From an uncultured Actinomycetota bacterium (GTDB lineage Bacteria; Actinomycetota; Actinomycetes; JAHEKZ01): a stretch of 64,000 nt of DNA. Where the stretch lies: the NCBI GenBank assembly GCA_963743915.1, contig CAVURN010000002.1, positions 128,001 through 192,000 on the forward strand, given 5' to 3'. A model generated the notes under the pieces. The model had not been told where the DNA came from. It searched no databases and saw only the letters and a program-made list of their open reading frames with translations. The position numbers were made by a program, and so were the translations under genes. Shown here piece by piece: positions 19,397-33,167 of this stretch (positions within the stretch are counted from its first letter, which is position 1; each line of letters opens with the position of its first letter).

Positions 19397-20035
19397 GTGA
19401 CGCGTCTGCCGAACCGCCGGGTGCTGCTGACCGGCGGGATCGGGTCCGGCAAGTCCGCCGTCGGCCGGCTGCTGGCGGAGTGGGGTGCCTACGTGGTCGA
19501 CGCCGACCAGCTGGCGCGTGAGGTGGTGGCGCCGGGGACGGCCGGACTCGCGGCGGTCGTGCAGGAGTTCGGACCCGGCGTCGTCGGCGTCGACGGGGCA
19601 CTGGACCGTGCGGCCCTCGCCGAGCTGGTCTTCGGCGACCCGGAGCGGCTGGCGGCACTCGAGGCCATCGTCCACCCGCTCGTCCGCCAAGCCGCCGAGG
19701 CCCGGTTCTCGCTCGCGCCCCCTGGTGTCGTCCAGGTCTACGAGGTACCCGTCCTGCGTGAGCGCGAGCCGGGGGACTGGGTGCTGCTCGTCGAGGCGCC
19801 CGTGGAGGTGCGACGCGCCCGGTTGCTCGCACGCGGGCTCAGCGAGGACCAGATCACTGCACGGATGGCTCAGCAGCCGGACGCCGAGGGGTGGCGAGCA
19901 CTGGCCGACCGGGTGATCCGCAACGACGGTGACCTGCGATCCCTGGCGGACGAGACCCGCCAGGCCTGGCAGGAGGTCCTCGCTGAGGAGCCCCCGGAGT
20001 CGGACGCGGAGGACGTTGTCGGGGCGGCGGACTAG
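19397..20035 (+). CDS. coaE: Dephospho-CoA kinase
   Basis: LTGGIGSGKS, DADQLAREVV, LEAIVHPLV. Confidence 0.93.
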   Translation: MTRLPNRRVLLTGGIGSGKSAVGRLLAEWGAYVVDADQLAREVVAPGTAGLAAVVQEFGPGVVGVDGALDRAALAELVFGDPERLAALEAIVHPLVRQAAEARFSLAPPGVVQVYEVPVLREREPGDWVLLVEAPVEVRRARLLARGLSEDQITARMAQQPDAEGWRALADRVIRNDGDLRSLADETRQAWQEVLAEEPPESDAEDVVGAAD

Positions 20036-20038
20036 CGT
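20017..20038 (+). promoter_or_regulatory. PafBC/RecA-NDp-type DNA-damage promoter of uvrB (TGTCGG-N10-TAGCGT)
   Basis: Exact TGTCGG-N10-TANNNT ending 6 nt before GTG 20045; its TAG is also the coaE stop codon. Confidence 0.8.
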
Positions 20039-20044
20039 GGAGTC

Positions 20045-22157
20045 GTGCGTCCCACCACCGACATCACCCGAACCGTAGCCCCGTTCCAGGTCGTCTCCGA
20101 CTTCGAGCCGAGTGGGGACCAGCCGCAGGCGATCGACGAGCTCGAACGCCGCATCCGGGCCGGTGAGCCCGACGTCGTGCTGCTCGGTGCGACGGGCACC
20201 GGCAAGTCGGCCACCACGGCCTGGCTCGTGGAACGGCTGCAGCGGCCGACGCTCGTCATGGCCCCGAACAAGACCCTGGCGGCCCAGCTGGCGAACGAGT
20301 TCCGCGAGCTCCTTCCACAGAACGCGGTCGAGTACTTCGTCTCGTACTACGACTACTACCAGCCCGAGGCGTACATCCCCCAGACGGACACCTACATCGA
20401 GAAGGACACCGCGATCAACGACGAGGTCGAGCGGCTCCGCTACTCGGCCACCAACAGTCTGTTGACCCGCAGGGACACCGTCGTGGTGGCCACGGTGTCC
20501 GCCATCTACGGCCTCGGCACGCCGCAGGAGTACGTCGACCGCATGGTGCGGCTCCGGGTGGGCGACACGATCGACCGGCAGTCCCTGCTTCGACACCTCG
20601 TCGACGTGCAGTACACGCGGAACGACCTCGCCTTCACCCGCGGCACCTTCCGGGTGCGTGGGGACACCGTCGAGGTGATCCCCGTCTACGAGCTCCACGC
20701 GGTGCGGATCGAGTTCTTCGGCGACGAGATCGAGCGGCTCTCGACGCTGCACCCGCTCACCGGCGAGGTCCTCACCGAGGACGACGAGATCTACGTGTTC
20801 CCGGCCTCGCACTACGCGGCCGGACCGGAACGCATGGAGCGGGCCATCACCGACATCGAGGCCGAGCTCGCCGACAGGCTGGCCGAGATGGAGCAGCAGA
20901 ACAAGCTGCTCGAGGCACAGCGGCTGCGCATGCGCACCACCTACGACCTCGAGATGATGCGGCAGATCGGCTCCTGCTCGGGCATCGAGAACTACTCGCG
21001 ACACATCGACGGCCGGGCCGCCGGCACGCCGCCGAACTGCCTCCTCGACTACTTCCCCGAGGACTTCCTGCTGGTCATCGACGAGTCCCACGTCACCGTG
21101 CCGCAGATCGGGGCGATGTACGAGGGCGACATGTCGCGCAAGCGCACGCTGGTCGACCACGGTTTCCGGCTCCCCAGTGCCATGGACAACCGTCCGCTCA
21201 CGTTCGACGAGTTCGTGGACCGCATCGGCCAGACCGTCTACCTGTCCGCCACCCCCGGGTCCGTACGAGCTCGGTCGCGGGCAGGGCGTCGTGGAGCAGA
21301 TCATCCGTCCGACCGGACTGGTCGATCCCGAGGTCGTCATCAAGCCGACCGCGGGCCAGATCGACGACCTGCTCCACGAGATCCGCCTGCGTGAGGAGCG
21401 CTCGGAGCGCGTCCTGGTGACCACCCTCACCAAGAAGATGTCGGAGGACCTCACCGACTACCTGCTGGAGCTCGGGGTGCGGGTCCGCTACCTGCACTCC
21501 GAGGTCGACACGCTCCGCCGCGTCGAGCTCCTGCGCGAGCTGCGCATGGGCGAGTACGACGTGCTCGTGGGCATCAACCTGCTCCGGGAGGGCCTCGACC
21601 TCCCGGAGGTCTCGCTGGTGGCGATCCTGGACGCCGACAAGGAGGGCTTCCTGCGCTCCGGCACGTCCCTCATCCAGACCATCGGCCGGGCCGCCCGCAA
21701 CGTCTCCGGTCAGGTCCACATGTACGCCGACACCGTGACGCCGTCCATGCAGCACGCCATCGACGAGACCAACCGTCGACGTGCCAAGCAGGTCGCGTAC
21801 AACACCGCGAACGGGATCGACCCCGAGCCGTTGCGCAAGCGGATCGGTGACATCACCGAGATGTTGGCCCGTGAGATGGCGGACACTGCTGATCTCCTCG
21901 GTGGTTCGGGCCGCACCCAGAGTCGCGGCAAGGCACCTGTCCCCGGCCTCAGCTCGCGCGCCACGGACATCGGTCGCCACTCGGCTGATCTCGCGACGTT
22001 GCCGAGCGCCGACCTCGCCGATCTCATCCAGCAGCTCACCGACCAGATGCAGGCTGCGGCCGCCGAGCTGCAGTTCGAGGTGGCGGCGAGGCTCCGCGAC
22101 GAGATCGGGGAGCTGAAGAAGGAGCTCCGGGGGATGCGTGAGGCCGGCGTGCAGTGA
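20045..22157 (+). CDS. uvrB: Excinuclease ABC subunit B; one +1 frameshift at about 21257-21259 (probable sequencing error)
   Basis: [27 protein letters not shown]|PYE junction between ORFs 20045..21394 and 21177..22157, QTIGRAARN. Confidence 0.93.
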
Positions 22158-22207
22158 TGCACCACAATGGCTCCCCTGTGCATCCTGCGCCCTAGCCGAG
22201 GAGTCCG

Positions 22208-23190
22208 GTGGACATCAGCCCCCAGATGTGGGCCGTCACGCTCTGCTGTCCTCGTGGCCGTGCTGGTCCTCGACTTCTTCCTCGCCGCCCGACGTCCGCA
22301 TGCCGTGTCGATGCGCGAGGCGTCCCTGTGGACGGTCTTCTACGTGTCGACGGCGGTGGCGTTCGGTGGGTTCATCGCGGCGCAGTTCGGCGGCGGCTAC
22401 GCGCGGGCAGTTCTACGCCGGCTGGCTGACCGAGTACTCGTTGTCCGTCGACAACCTGTTCGTCTTCGTGATCATCATGTCGCGGTTCCGGGTGCCCCGT
22501 CAGAGCCAGCAGTTCGTGCTGCTGGTCGGCATCGCCCTGGCGCTGGCCATGCGGGCCATCTTCATCGCACTGGGCGCGGCCGCCATTGCCCGCTTCTCGT
22601 GGGTGTTCTACCTGTTCGGCGTCTTCCTCATCTACACCGCGTGGCACCTGTTCCGCCACGACGAGGAGGAGTCCGAGGAGTTCCGCGAGAACCGCGTCAT
22701 CCGGTGGGTGCGGGCGGTGCTGCCGACCACGGAGACCTACGACGGCAACCGGCTCCGCACGGTGGTCGACGGTCGCCGCCTCTTCACGCCGATGCTGGTG
22801 GTCATGGTGGCGATCGGCACCACCGACCTGCTCTTCGCGCTGGACTCGATCCCGGCGATCTTCGGGCTCACCCAGGAGCCGTACCTCGTCTTCACGGCGA
22901 ACGCCTTCGCGCTGATGGGCCTGCGGCAGCTGTACTTCCTGCTGGGCGGTCTGCTGGACCGGCTCGTCTTCCTCAGCATCGGTCTGGCGGTGGTGCTCGG
23001 CTTCATCGGCGTCAAGCTCATCCTCGAGGCACTGCACACGAACTCGCTGCCCTTCATCAACGGGGGAGAGCCCGTCGCCTGGGCGCCGGAGATCCCGGTC
23101 ACCGTCAGTCTCGGCGTGATCGTCACCGTGCTGACGGTCACCGCGGTGGCGAGCCTCCTGCACACGCGCCGCCAGAGCCGCCTCCCGTAG
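22208..23190 (+). CDS. TerC/Alx family membrane protein; two +1 frameshifts (about 22244 and 22404)
   Basis: EYSLSVDNLFVF, DLLFALDSIPAIFG, FTANAFALMGLRQLYF; N-terminus pieced from three frames. Confidence 0.85.
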
Positions 23191-23257
23191 ACTCACGAAG
23201 CAGGCTTCGTACGTCTACGCTAGGCTGAGGCGATCGGCACCACGGAGAGGACGGTTG

Positions 23258-24290
23258 GTGGACGTCTCGCTGGGCATGTGGCTCGGCACGGTCGGCCTGG
23301 TCCTCGTGCTGCTGACCCTCGACTTCGTGGTGGGCCGCAACCCCCATGACGTGTCGATGCGGGAAGCCACCCTGTGGTCGGTCTTCTACGTCGGGCATCG
23401 CCCTGGCGTTCGGCGTCCTGGTGTGGACGCAGGCAGGAGCCGACTACGGCACGCAGTACTACGCCGCCTGGCTGGTCGAGAAGAGCCTGTCGGTCGACAA
23501 CCTCTTCATCTTCGTCATCATCTTCGCGAAGTTCGCCGTCCCCTCCGAGCTGCAGCAGCGGGCGCTGCTGATCGGCGTCGCCCTCGCACTGGTGCTCCGC
23601 GCGATCTTCATCGCGATCGGCGCCGCCGCTCTGGAGCTGTTCGCGTTCACCTTCGTGATCTTCGGGATCTTCCTGATCTGGACGGCAGTCCAGCTCTTCC
23701 GCCACCGTGACGAGGACGCGGACCTGGACGACAACGCGGTGCTTCGGGTCGCCCGGCGTCGCCTCTCCATCACCGACGAGTACCACGGCAACCGGCTGCG
23801 CATCACACAGGACGGCGTGCGGGCCTGGACGCCGATGGCTCTGGTGCTGGTGGCGATCGGCTCCACCGACCTGCTCTTCGCGCTGGACTCGATCCCTGCC
23901 ACCTTCGGAGTCACGTCCGAGCCGTTCCTCGTCTTCGCGGCCAACGCGTTCGCACTGCTCGGTCTGCGCGCGTTGTTCTTCGTGCTGCACAACCTGCTCG
24001 ACAAGCTCGTGTACCTGGCCATCGGACTGTCGGTGATCCTGGGGTTCATCGGGATCAAGCTGATCCTCACCTTCGTGCACGAGGTGGTGCCCGAGGTGCC
24101 CAAGGTCCCGACGAGCCTGTCCCTGGCCTTCATCCTGCTGACGCTCACCGTGACCACGGTGGCGAGCCTGGTGAAGGCTCGCCGGGATCCCAGCGCGCAC
24201 GCCCACAGCGGCGCGCTGCACGGCCACCGGACCACCGGTGCGTCGGCGTCGGACGAGTCGACGGGGGACCGGCCGACCACCGCGTCCTAG
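23258..24290 (+). CDS. TerC/Alx family membrane protein (second paralog); +1 frameshift at about 23393-23395
   Basis: EKSLSVDNLFIF, DLLFALDSIPATFG; GGAGAGGA RBS before GTG 23258. Confidence 0.85.
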
Positions 24291-24299
24291 AGTCACCTC

Positions 24300-25106
24300 G
24301 TGCCTCTTCCCACCTTCGTGATCCCGGGCGTCCAGAAGTCGGGCACCACGACGCTGCACGACCTGCTGGGCCACCACCCCAGGATCTGGGTCTCGCGGCC
24401 GAAGGAGCTGCACTTCTTCGACCAGCACCGCGACCGCGGACTCGAGTGGTACGCGGACCAGTTCACCCCACAGCCAGAGGACGTCGCGTGGGGTGAGTCG
24501 ACCCCGCTGTACCTGTACAACGACCGGGTCCGGACGGACATGGCCCGCTCGCTCCCGGACACGAGGTACGTGGTGATGCTCCGCGAGCCGGTCTCTCGTG
24601 CCTACTCCCAGTACTGGTTCGCACGGAGCAAAGGGGTCGAGACGCTGCCGACATTCGCCGACGCGGTCGCCGCCGAGCCCGCGCGGCTGGCGAGACGACG
24701 GGACCGGCAGCCGGCGAAGTTCTCGTACCTGGACCGCGGGCACTACCTGCGTCAGCTGCGCTCGCTGGAGGACCTCGTCGGCCGGGAGCGCATCCTCGTG
24801 CACCTGCTCGAGGACCTCACGGCCGATCCGGTGAAGGTGGCGCAGCAGACCTGCAGCTTCCTGGGCGTCGACCCCGAGCCTCTGGAGACGGTCCAGCCCG
24901 CGGCCCGGAACACCTTCGCCGATCGCACGCTGAACCGGGCACCCGAGGGTGCCCGGGTCACCGCGGACGAGCGGGCCGAGGGAGTGCCGCGGGACGCCTA
25001 CCCACCGCTCGACCCCGACCTCGAGCAGGAGCTTCGAGGCATGTTCCGCGACGAGAACCGCGCGCTCGCCGAATGGCTCGACCGAGACCTGTCCACCTGG
25101 TGGTGA
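24300..25106 (+). CDS. PAPS-dependent sulfotransferase
   Basis: 5'-PSB loop GVQKSGTT, KELHFFD, GESTPLY, 3'-PB motif LREPVSRAYS. Confidence 0.88.
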   Translation: MPLPTFVIPGVQKSGTTTLHDLLGHHPRIWVSRPKELHFFDQHRDRGLEWYADQFTPQPEDVAWGESTPLYLYNDRVRTDMARSLPDTRYVVMLREPVSRAYSQYWFARSKGVETLPTFADAVAAEPARLARRRDRQPAKFSYLDRGHYLRQLRSLEDLVGRERILVHLLEDLTADPVKVAQQTCSFLGVDPEPLETVQPAARNTFADRTLNRAPEGARVTADERAEGVPRDAYPPLDPDLEQELRGMFRDENRALAEWLDRDLSTWW

Positions 25107-25130
25107 CGGCGCACGCCACCGGCGTGCCGG

Positions 25131-25781
25131 TCACCATCCGCGGGCGCGCCACTCGGCGAGGTGGGGGCGCTCGGCGCCCAGGGTCGTGTCGCGACCGTGG
25201 CCCGGGTAGACCCAGGTCTCGTCCGGGAGGCGGTCGAAGAGACGGGTGACGACGTCCTCGAACAGCTGGGGAAACGTCTCGTCGGTGGTCTTGCCCACGC
25301 CGCCCGGGAACAGGCTGTCACCGGTGATCAGGTGAGGCGGTCCCGCAGGGTCGTCGTAGAGCAGTGCGATGCCACCCGGTGTGTGTCCACGCAGGTGGAT
25401 GACCTCCAGCATGACGTCACCGACGCGGATGGTGTCCCCGTGCTCGACGAGCAGGTCGATGTCGACGGGCAGCTCGGGGGCGTCCAGTGGATGCGCCACC
25501 GTCGTGGCCCTGGTCCGCTCGACCATCGCCGGGAGCGCCTGCCAGTGGTCGCCGTGACGGTGCGTGGTGACGATCGACTCGAGCCCGTCCTCGCCCACGA
25601 GCACGCTGAGCACCTCGGGCTCGTCAGCTGCGTCGACGAGCAGCTGTGCCCCGGTGCGGCGACAGCGAAGCAGGTAGCAGTTGTTGTCGTACGGACCCAC
25701 CGCGACCTTGCTCAGCACCAGGGCGGGCAGCTCCCGGACGTGGGCCGGACCCCCCACGACGACGTCACCGGTGTAGCCCAC
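25131..25781 (-). CDS. MBL-fold metallo-hydrolase
   Basis: THRHGDH, GHTPG, TGDSLFPGG, YPGHG; GAAGGAGA RBS before GTG 25781. Confidence 0.9.
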   Translation of the reverse strand: MGYTGDVVVGGPAHVRELPALVLSKVAVGPYDNNCYLLRCRRTGAQLLVDAADEPEVLSVLVGEDGLESIVTTHRHGDHWQALPAMVERTRATTVAHPLDAPELPVDIDLLVEHGDTIRVGDVMLEVIHLRGHTPGGIALLYDDPAGPPHLITGDSLFPGGVGKTTDETFPQLFEDVVTRLFDRLPDETWVYPGHGRDTTLGAERPHLAEWRARGW

Positions 25782-25794
25782 GCGTTCTCCTTCG

Positions 25795-26518
25795 TCAGAC
25801 CCATGCGGGAGCTGCGGGCAGGGGGGTTCCGTCGGTGGTGTGGACCCCTGGATGGGCCCGTCCCAGCAGCCAGGCGAGCAGGTCGGCCTCGGTGCCGACG
25901 ACGTCCGGCCCGGATCGACCGACCTGCCAGCACCTTCCGGTGTCGGTGCACCGAAGGGTGTGGGCGGGCACCTCGCGTCGACTGCGGAAGAAGGGGGTGA
26001 CCTGGTCGAGGGTGCGGACGGTGAAGGCAGGCGACCAGTCGACCGGTCGGTACTCGGCTCCGAGGTCGACGCGGTGGACCTCGATCTCACGGATCCGGAC
26101 GGCGGCGAGCTCCCACGCGCCGATCTCCGCGCCCGATCCCAGCCGCAGGGTGCGGGCGCCCAGAGGCTCCCGGAGCCGGTCCAGGGCGAGGCCCAGCTGC
26201 TCTGCGGTGAGGCGCGCCTCCGCGACCAGCTCGGACCAGGGCAGCGCGGCGCGCCGGTCGATCTCGGCGGAGCGCTCCTCCGGGGACCCGTACATCGGGG
26301 TCTGGACCCCGGACTCCGCCCACCGGACGAGGTTGAGCAGACCGAGCGCGTTCCCCGCCAGGTGGCCCACCACGTGGCTGCGCGTCCACCCGGCAGCGCG
26401 GACGGTGCGGCAGCCCAGGCCTGGTCCCGTCCGCCGAGGTCGGCGCTGAGGGCGGCCTCGGACGCGGCCAGCTCGACCAGGTGGGTGCGGGGCAGCGCAG
26501 TGAGGACGGGGCGGTCAC
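25795..26518 (-). CDS. Mycothiol-dependent maleylpyruvate isomerase (MDMPI/DinB-like) family protein; two -1 frameshifts (about 26497 and 26390)
   Basis: Reconstructed PSALPGWTRSHVVGHLAGNA, REIEVHRVDLG, DLLAWLLGR; conserved position divergent from uvrA. Confidence 0.8.
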
Positions 26519-26560
26519 GGTCCGACGCTACTCCAGCGGGAACCGGCTTCGGGAAGAACC

Positions 26561-26582
26561 TGTCGGAGCCCGTGGTTAGGCT
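26561..26582 (+). promoter_or_regulatory. PafBC/RecA-NDp-type DNA-damage promoter of uvrA (TGTCGG-N10-TAGGCT)
   Basis: Exact TGTCGG-N10-TANNNT ending 6 nt before ATG 26589. Confidence 0.82.
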
Positions 26583-26588
26583 GGACCG

Positions 26589-29459
<2,871 letters not shown>

Positions 29460-29475
29460 CCCGGGCGAGCGCCGC

Positions 29476-30189
29476 TCAGAGCACGCCGAGGGCCACTGCG
29501 AGGGCGAAGCCGGCCACCACGAAACCACCCGTCCAGGTGCGTTCGACGGCGTACGAGTCCGGGAGCATCGTGTCGGCCACCATGGTGAGCAGGGCACCGG
29601 CGGCGAACGCCTCGGGGAGCCCGCCGCCGTCGGTCTCGAGCAGAAGGTAGCCCAGACCGGAGGCGACGGCCGATACCACCATCACGGCGCTCCACATGCC
29701 GATGATCCGGCCCGCCGGCCATCCGGACGCCCGCAGACCCGAGGTCGACGCCATCCCCTCGGGCAGGTTCGAGAGGGCGACCCCCGCCAGCAGCGGGATG
29801 CTCACGCCCCCCTGCAGCACGGTGAGCCCGAGGACGAACGACTCCGGGATGCCGTCCAGCACGGAGCCGAGGACGATGGCCAGGCCACGCGACTCGTCCT
29901 CGGGGCCGCCCGGGTGCTTGCGGCGCCCTCCGCCCGCCCGCTCGATCAGACGGGCACCCACCAGGAAGACGCCCGAGCCGAGGAACATCGCCAGCGAGAC
30001 CTGCCAGAGCGGGATGGAGGCCACAGCGTCGTCCACGAGCTCGTAGGCCACCGACCCGATGAGCACACCCGCGCCGAGCGCCATGACGACCGCTCCGGTG
30101 CGGACACTCGGTCGGGCGACCAGGGCGATCAGCGCGCCGATCAACAGGGTGCCGGCCGCGGCGGCACCGACCAGCAGGGCCTCAGACAC
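29476..30189 (-). CDS. ZIP family metal transporter-like membrane protein
   Basis: LDGIPES, LSNLPEG, FAAGALLTMVADTMLP motifs. Confidence 0.75.
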   Translation of the reverse strand: MSEALLVGAAAAGTLLIGALIALVARPSVRTGAVVMALGAGVLIGSVAYELVDDAVASIPLWQVSLAMFLGSGVFLVGARLIERAGGGRRKHPGGPEDESRGLAIVLGSVLDGIPESFVLGLTVLQGGVSIPLLAGVALSNLPEGMASTSGLRASGWPAGRIIGMWSAVMVVSAVASGLGYLLLETDGGGLPEAFAAGALLTMVADTMLPDSYAVERTWTGGFVVAGFALAVALGVL

Positions 30190-30229
30190 CGGTCACCACG
30201 GCGCCACTGTGCCAGACGTCCCCCGTCTG

Positions 30230-30592
30230 TCAGACCGGTCCGGCCACCAGCCCGATGACGGTGAGCACGGTGAACCACAGGCCGATCAGGAGGGCGAGCA
30301 CAGCCGGGACGACAGCGCGACGGTCACCCACCCGGTAGGCCCGCCAGCCGTAGAACCCGGCGGTGACGCTGGGTACGAGCATGACGAGCAGGGCGGGCAC
30401 GCTCGCGGCCAGATTCACCCAGAACGGCGCGTCGGCGTTCTCGGGCTGGTAGCCGAAGAGGGCGTAGAGGCTCTCGCCGACCGCCATGGCCAGGATGAGG
30501 AAGAGCGGGACGAGGGCGAGGGAGATCCAGGCGCGGGTGACCGAACGGCCATCCCGCGAGGCGTCGCGCGAAGTCTCGGGCAGGGTCTGCAT
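30230..30592 (-). CDS. Hypothetical membrane protein (120 aa, about 3 TM helices)
   Basis: AAGGAG RBS before ATG 30592; three hydrophobic segments. Confidence 0.65.
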   Translation of the reverse strand: MQTLPETSRDASRDGRSVTRAWISLALVPLFLILAMAVGESLYALFGYQPENADAPFWVNLAASVPALLVMLVPSVTAGFYGWRAYRVGDRRAVVPAVLALLIGLWFTVLTVIGLVAGPV

Positions 30593-30674
30593 GACGTGCT
30601 CCTTCCGCCGGGACAAGCCTGTGACACTGCGTGATCCGGCCCCAGAGGCCTTGGGCCCGGCCGGAGGACGCAGT

Positions 30675-30696
30675 GGTCGGCGGACGGACGTAGGCT
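30675..30696 (+). promoter_or_regulatory. Near-consensus PafBC-type promoter (GGTCGG-N10-TAGGCT) upstream of Rieske-uvrC
   Basis: One mismatch to TGTCGG with exact 10-nt spacing to TAGGCT. Confidence 0.5.
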
Positions 30697-30728
30697 CGGA
30701 ACGCGACCCCCGGCCGAGAGGACTCCCC

Positions 30729-31223
30729 ATGGACCAGCGCAGCGACGAGCGACTGTCCGGACTGGTACCGCGCCGCACGATGCTCCGCGGTGTGGCTGCG
30801 GGCGGGGCAGCAGTGGCCGGGGGAGCACTGCTCGCCGCCTGCGGCGACGACACGACCGGTGACGGCAGCCCTTCGCCCGCGCCGGCACCGACCTCGGAAC
30901 CGTCGACCGAGCCGGGGGGCAGCGGTGGTGGCGGCGCCGACGTGCTGGTGGCCACCGCGGAGGTTCCCGAAGGTGGCGGCGTGATCCTGTCCGACGCCGA
31001 GGTCGTGGTGACGCAGCCCACGGCCGGCGACTTCAAGGCGTTCTCGGCCATCTGCACGCACCAGGGCTGCACGGTTGGGGATGTCGCCGGCGGTGTCATC
31101 GTCTGCCCCTGTCACGGATCGCAGTTCTCCGTCGAGGATGGCTCGGTGACGGCAGGGCCAGCCCCCAGCCCGCTGCCGGAGGTCGCCATCACCGTCGACG
31201 GCAAGAACGTGGTCCGCGCCTGA
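30729..31223 (+). CDS. Rieske [2Fe-2S] protein, predicted Tat-exported lipoprotein
   Basis: PRRTMLRG twin-Arg, LLAAC lipobox, CTHQGC and CPCHGSQF. Confidence 0.88.
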   Translation: MDQRSDERLSGLVPRRTMLRGVAAGGAAVAGGALLAACGDDTTGDGSPSPAPAPTSEPSTEPGGSGGGGADVLVATAEVPEGGGVILSDAEVVVTQPTAGDFKAFSAICTHQGCTVGDVAGGVIVCPCHGSQFSVEDGSVTAGPAPSPLPEVAITVDGKNVVRA

Positions 31224-31226
31224 CCC

Positions 31227-33167
31227 GTGGACCCCGCCCTCTACCGACCAGCCCCCGGCAGCGTTCCCGACCGGCCCGGCGTCTACCGGTTCCTCGACGC
31301 GGAGTCGCGCGTCGTCTACGTGGGCAAGGCCAAGAGCCTGCGCAGCCGGCTCGCGCAGTACTTCCAGGATCCGGAGGCGCTGCATCCGCGCACCCGGTCG
31401 ATGGTGTGGGCCGCGGCGTCCGTCGAGTGGACCGTGGTGGCGACCGAGGTCGACGCCCTGCAGCTGGAGTACGCCTGGATCAAGGAGTTCGATCCTCGCT
31501 TCAACATCAAGTACCGGGATGACAAGTCCTACCCGTTCCTGGCGGTGAGTGTCGGTGAGGAGTTCCCTCGTGCCCTGGTGATGCGCGGCGCCAAGCGCAA
31601 GGGAGTTCGCTACTTCGGGCCGTACTCCCACGCCTGGGCGATCCGCGAGACGCTGGACCAGCTGCTGCGGGTGTTTCCGATCCGGTCGTGCAGCGCGGGC
31701 GTCTTCCGCCGTGCCGGACAGATGGGGCGTCCCTGCCTGCTCGGGTACATCGACAAGTGCACCGCCCCGTGTGTCGGACGGATCTCACCCGACGAGCACC
31801 GCGCGCTCGTCGACGATCTCTGCGCCTTCCTCGCCGGAGACGCCGCTCGCTTCATCAAGCAGCGTGAGCGGGAGATGCGCGAGGCGTCCGATGCCCAGCA
31901 GTACGAACGTGCGGCAAGGATGCGTGACGACATCAGGGCCCTCGAGCGCGCACTGGAGCGGAATGCCATCGTGCTGCCCGATGACACCGATGCCGACGTC
32001 ATCGCGATCGTCGAGGATGAGCTCGAGGCGGCCTTCCATGTGTTCCACGTCCGAGGGGGGCGAGTGCGCGGGCAGCGCGGCATCGTCTCGGAGAAGATCG
32101 ACGACATCACCGGTGGTGAGGTGATGGAGCAGTTCCTCACGTACTTCTACGGCGAGATCGTCCCCGACGACGTGCCACGCGAGGTGCTGGTAGGGGTGAC
32201 GCCACCGAGCCGCGAGGCCCTCAGCACCTGGCTCTCGGATCGACGGGGCTCCGCCGTCGACGTGCGACGGCCGGTCAGGGGCGACAAGCGACGGTTGATG
32301 GAGACCGTCGCGCAGAACGCGTCGCACGCGCTCGCCCTGCACAAGGTCCGTCGTTCCGGCGACCTCACGGCTCGCGCTGTCGCCCTCGAAGAGCTGCAGG
32401 AGGCCCTCGGCATGGCCGAGGCGCCGCTGCGCATCGAGTGCTTCGACATCTCCCACCTGTCCGGCACCGATCCCGTGGCGTCGATGGTCGTCTTCGAGGA
32501 CGGTCTTCCCCGCACGAGCGACTACCGGCGGTTCGCGGTACGCAGTGACGGCGGCGACGACCCGGCGGCGATGGCCGAGGTCGTCGGACGGCGCTTCCGG
32601 CGGCTGCTCGAGTCCGACGCTGCGCCGGACGGCGGGGAGCAGCCGGATGGTTCGGAGGAGGGCACCCGTCCCAGGCGCTTCGCCTACCGGCCGCAGCTGG
32701 TCGTCGTCGACGGCGGCCCGGTGCAGGCCGCTGCCGCAGCCGACGCCGTGACCGAGCTCGGGATCACCGATGTCCTCGTCGTGGGTCTCGCCAAACGGCT
32801 CGAGGAGGTCTGGATCGCCGGCGACGACAGCCCGGTGATCCTGCCTCGGGGGTCCCAGGGGCTCTTCCTGCTGCAGCGCGTGCGCGACGAGGCGCACCGG
32901 TTCGCCCTCGCCTACCAGCGGCAGAAGCGCGGCAGGCGTACCACCGCCAGCGTGCTCGACGAGATCCCCGGCCTCGGAGCAGGCCGCAAGCGTGCCCTGC
33001 TGCGGCACTTCGGCTCGGTCCGCAAGATCCGTGCGGCTGACGCCGGTGCGCTCCAGCAGGTGCCCGGCATCGGACCGGCGCTCGCCCAGACCATCTCCGC
33101 CCACCTGCAGGACGCGGCGCCGGCGGAGCGGGTGGACACCGCGACCGGCGAGATCGTCGCTGAGTGA
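31227..33167 (+). CDS. uvrC: Excinuclease ABC subunit C
   Basis: [23 protein letters not shown] domain, [22 protein letters not shown], HhH. Confidence 0.96.
   Translation: MDPALYRPAPGSVPDRPGVYRFLDAESRVVYVGKAKSLRSRLAQYFQDPEALHPRTRSMVWAAASVEWTVVATEVDALQLEYAWIKEFDPRFNIKYRDDKSYPFLAVSVGEEFPRALVMRGAKRKGVRYFGPYSHAWAIRETLDQLLRVFPIRSCSAGVFRRAGQMGRPCLLGYIDKCTAPCVGRISPDEHRALVDDLCAFLAGDAARFIKQREREMREASDAQQYERAARMRDDIRALERALERNAIVLPDDTDADVIAIVEDELEAAFHVFHVRGGRVRGQRGIVSEKIDDITGGEVMEQFLTYFYGEIVPDDVPREVLVGVTPPSREALSTWLSDRRGSAVDVRRPVRGDKRRLMETVAQNASHALALHKVRRSGDLTARAVALEELQEALGMAEAPLRIECFDISHLSGTDPVASMVVFEDGLPRTSDYRRFAVRSDGGDDPAAMAEVVGRRFRRLLESDAAPDGGEQPDGSEEGTRPRRFAYRPQLVVVDGGPVQAAAAADAVTELGITDVLVVGLAKRLEEVWIAGDDSPVILPRGSQGLFLLQRVRDEAHRFALAYQRQKRGRRTTASVLDEIPGLGAGRKRALLRHFGSVRKIRAADAGALQQVPGIGPALAQTISAHLQDAAPAERVDTATGEIVAE

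Noticed and set aside
21251-21260. Programmed frameshift in uvrB at ACCCCCGGGT
   Set aside because: No canonical slippery heptamer, no known precedent for uvrB, and it is one of many similar indels in the window
22158-22207. yybP-ykoY Mn riboswitch before terC
   Set aside because: Only 50 nt available and no recognisable aptamer
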